DNA of 64,000 nucleotides from Amphiscolops sp. MND2022. Lineage: Eukaryota. Shown here piece after piece: positions 61,270 to 64,000 of the stretch (position 1 is the stretch's first letter; every line of letters starts with the position of its first letter). The translations under genes and the position numbers were made by a program. The stretch covers positions 77,562,001-77,626,000 of the forward strand of contig OZ076410.1 in NCBI GenBank assembly GCA_964187785.1, in the 5' to 3' direction. The notes beneath the pieces are model-generated. The model had not been told where the DNA came from, searched no databases, and saw only the letters and a program-made list of their open reading frames with translations.

Positions 61270-62520
61270 ACTACAGTCCACGAAGTCTATCGCTATTTTA
61301 ACAAAAATAGTGAAAGTCATAAAATTGTTTCGAAATTTTGTCCTTTTCAATGTCATATCCGGACAATTCTCGTTTGAAAAACTGCATTTATCTCTTTTCT
61401 AAGCATACTGGACAACACATTCTTTCCTTGTTGACTCTTTTTAACGTTTCAAATGACAAAGTTTGTCAAAAGTATGGAAAAATTGAATAAATGTTCGGAA
61501 ATTTTGGGTTTTTTGTCACTTTCAGTGTCAATTGGAGACATTGTCACCTAAAAACTGCAATATTTTTTTCAGGGAAGCCTACTGGAAAACACATCCTTTG
61601 CTTGTTGACCGACCTTTTTCAACGTTCCAATCTGCAAAGAGATTTTTGTCAACTCCTGTGTCAGTTTTAGAAATTTTCATTCAGAACATTACAATTATCT
61701 CTTCATCAAAGACTAATGGACAACCAACCTTTTCTTATTGACCCTTCAAAATTTTCCAATCCACGAAGTATGTCGAAACTTCAACAAAAATTGCATGAAA
61801 ACTTTAAAAAATGCAAAATTTTGAGATTTTTGTCATTTTTGGTGTCAATTTGAGACATTTTCATTTAGAGAAATGCAACAAACTCTTCGAAAACGAAAAG
61901 TGGACAACCAACTATTTTACGGCCAAAATGTGACAAAAAATGCGTGAACACATATAAAAATGGAAATTTTTGGGATTTTTTAAATCTTCGGTGTCAATTT
62001 GAATTTTTTTCACTTGGAAAACAGCAATCATCTCTCCGGAAAAGCCTACTGGACAACGAATTAGTATCATGTTGAGCGTTTTCAACATTCTAATCCACAA
62101 ATTCCATCAAAAATTTTACAAAAATTGCATAAAAACGTCAGAAATCGTGAAGTTTTTGAATTGTTGTCATTTTTGGGTCTTTTTCTTTCCAAAAAAACCG
62201 CATTTATCTCTTCATAAACGACAACGAGTTCTTGTCTTGTTGAACTTTTGCAACATTCTAATCCACGACATCTATTAAAAAAATTGACGAAAATTGCATA
62301 AAAACGTTAAAAATCGGGAATTTTTCGGTTTTTTGTCAATTTTGTCTTTTTCTTCCCAAAAAATTCATTTATTTCTTCATTAACGACTATTGGACAAGAG
62401 TTCTTGTCTTGTTGAACTTTTTCAACAATCAAATCCACGACATCTATCGAAAAGTTGACAAAAATTGCAATAATTTGTAAAAAATTGGAAATTTTTGCAA
62501 TTTTTTTGGGTCATTTTTTT
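61270..62520. repeat. Degenerate AT-rich satellite, monomer about 165-175 bp
   Basis: Anchors (C/A)TA(C/T)TGGA(C/A)AA at about 61406, 61579, 62047, 62387 and AATCCAC at about 62090, 62260, 62434. Confidence 0.7.
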
Positions 62521-63110
62521 TTTTTTTGGGGGGGGGGTCATTCTAAAAGTCCGGAAATCTCCACAAATACAAATCGCACGAAGCTAAATTTATGTGAGTT
62601 GAATTCTGTGGGTAACACCCTTAAAGTTAAATATAAATTTGGTGCTTGTCAAATTTTGTTTAAAAAAAAACGTTTCATTTAAATTCTTTCCTTTCTCATA
62701 AGAAATATGTGCGGAAAATAAAAAAAAGTAACGTATTCACATTATGAGTTAACGAAGCGGATCATGTGATCCTGCATACTCAAGAAAAATCACACATTCT
62801 AAATAGTTTGGTGAACTTTCGTGTCTGAGATTCTAATCAATTTTTGCAAGGATAATTGTTCATGATAGAAGAGTCACTAATAATAATCCATGTTTCAGAT
62901 TTTCACTGACATCATTTAATGTCTTTCGTTAAAACGGAAGCAATGCCATGAAAAAAGCTATATCCTGGTGAAATACCGAGCGCGAGTTATTGTAGTCAGC
63001 TTCAAGAATTTCGTTAGCAGACACCTGCAGCTTCGGAAAATGGCAACGTGCACATTGAGAATTTGAAAAGGTGATTGAAAGCATAGCAAAATAGCCGATT
63101 TTCTAAAAAA

Positions 63111-63735
63111 AAAGTCGCACAGTGCAGAAAAAAACCCAAAGGGGGGACGCTTTAGACACGTCCGGTTTTGTAGGTTTCCTTGAAAAAGTAAAAAATGAAA
63201 GGGGGACCCTTTGGACTGAGTTTGCCTTGGCCGGACTTGGCCTTAGGTGGTTTCAGGATTGTTTCTAAAAAGTGGACCGATCAGTGTGAGGATTGTAGTC
63301 TGAAGAAAACAAGACGAGAACGTCTAAAGTCGGCGCCATATCTAAGGCTCAAAAAGCGTAAAACACTTTTTTTGGAAAAAAATTGAAATTTTTGAAAAAA
63401 ATTTTTCTTTCAAAAGAAGTCGCATAGTGCCGAAAAATGTAAAAGGGGGGACCCTTCTGGATTTATTAACAAACATTCCGTTGCAAAACATCAAAAAACT
63501 CAAAGGGGGGACCTTTTGGGGAAATTAAAAAATTTTCGAAAAAAGTCGCACAGTTCCGAAAAAAATCCAAAGGGGGGACCCTTTGGGCACGTCCAGTTTT
63601 GTATGTTTCCTTGAAAAAGTAAAAAATGAAAGGGGGACCCTTTGGAGTAAAGTTTGCCTTGGCCTCAGGTGCTCTGCGCAGAATTGTAAAAAGTGGACCG
63701 ATCAGTGTGAGGATTGTAGTCTGAAGAAAAAAAAG
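63111..63735. repeat. Higher-order repeat of about 430-bp period built from AAGTCGCA.AGT and AAAGGGGGACCC motifs
   Basis: 63111-63310 matches 63541-63730 (AAAAAGTAAAAAATGAAAGGGGGACCCTTTGGA, GTGGACCGATCAGTGTGAGGATTGTAGTCTGAAGAAAA); partial subunits lie between. Confidence 0.85.
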
Positions 63736-64000
63736 GTCACTGCTATTGTCGGGCATTTTTCCTTAAAAGGAAAATGCGCCGACTAAAAACGCCCTTGAAA
63801 AATGATCAAAGGAAAAACGCACCAGAAAAAAAAGAAGCACCAGGCCTTCTTTAAAACCAGTCGCTCAAATAGTAATAAAACCAGTCGTCGATCCGTCCAC
63901 TTCGTCCTTGCTTTTAGGGCAGTAGAGGTATGTGATCATACTTGACTATGTTATCGTATTTCCGAATTGATGTTATTTTGTTTCGGGCGTTTTATTCAGG

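Overview
AT-rich, repeat-saturated eukaryotic DNA, probably from an invertebrate animal (species not determinable here). I find no convincing host gene, tRNA, rRNA or CRISPR array. Layout: (1) 1-6163, the 3' half of a Ty3/Gypsy retrotransposon with a decayed integrase, a decayed env-like glycoprotein whose motifs resemble chuvirus/herpes-gB-type class III fusogens, two nearly intact paralogous ORFs (SH3-like module + coiled coil + HPD J-domain), a PPT and a 3' LTR. (2) 6164-22760, a Polinton/Maverick-like remnant duplicated head-to-head as a giant imperfect inverted repeat, each arm with a pPolB pseudogene. (3) 20410-38611, a tandem array of three 5.7-6.5 kb TE-mosaic units, ending in a full but decayed short-LTR Gypsy (38612-42516). 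(4) 42.5-53.2 kb, a CRE-like LINE remnant and an old RT-deleted Gypsy with a solo LTR nested in its 3' LTR. (5) 55-64 kb, a mini-hAT, a 310-bp near-perfect palindrome, a MULE-type MITE and satellites. The most interesting object is the env + double J-domain Gypsy element. All family assignments come from manual motif reading, not from database searches.
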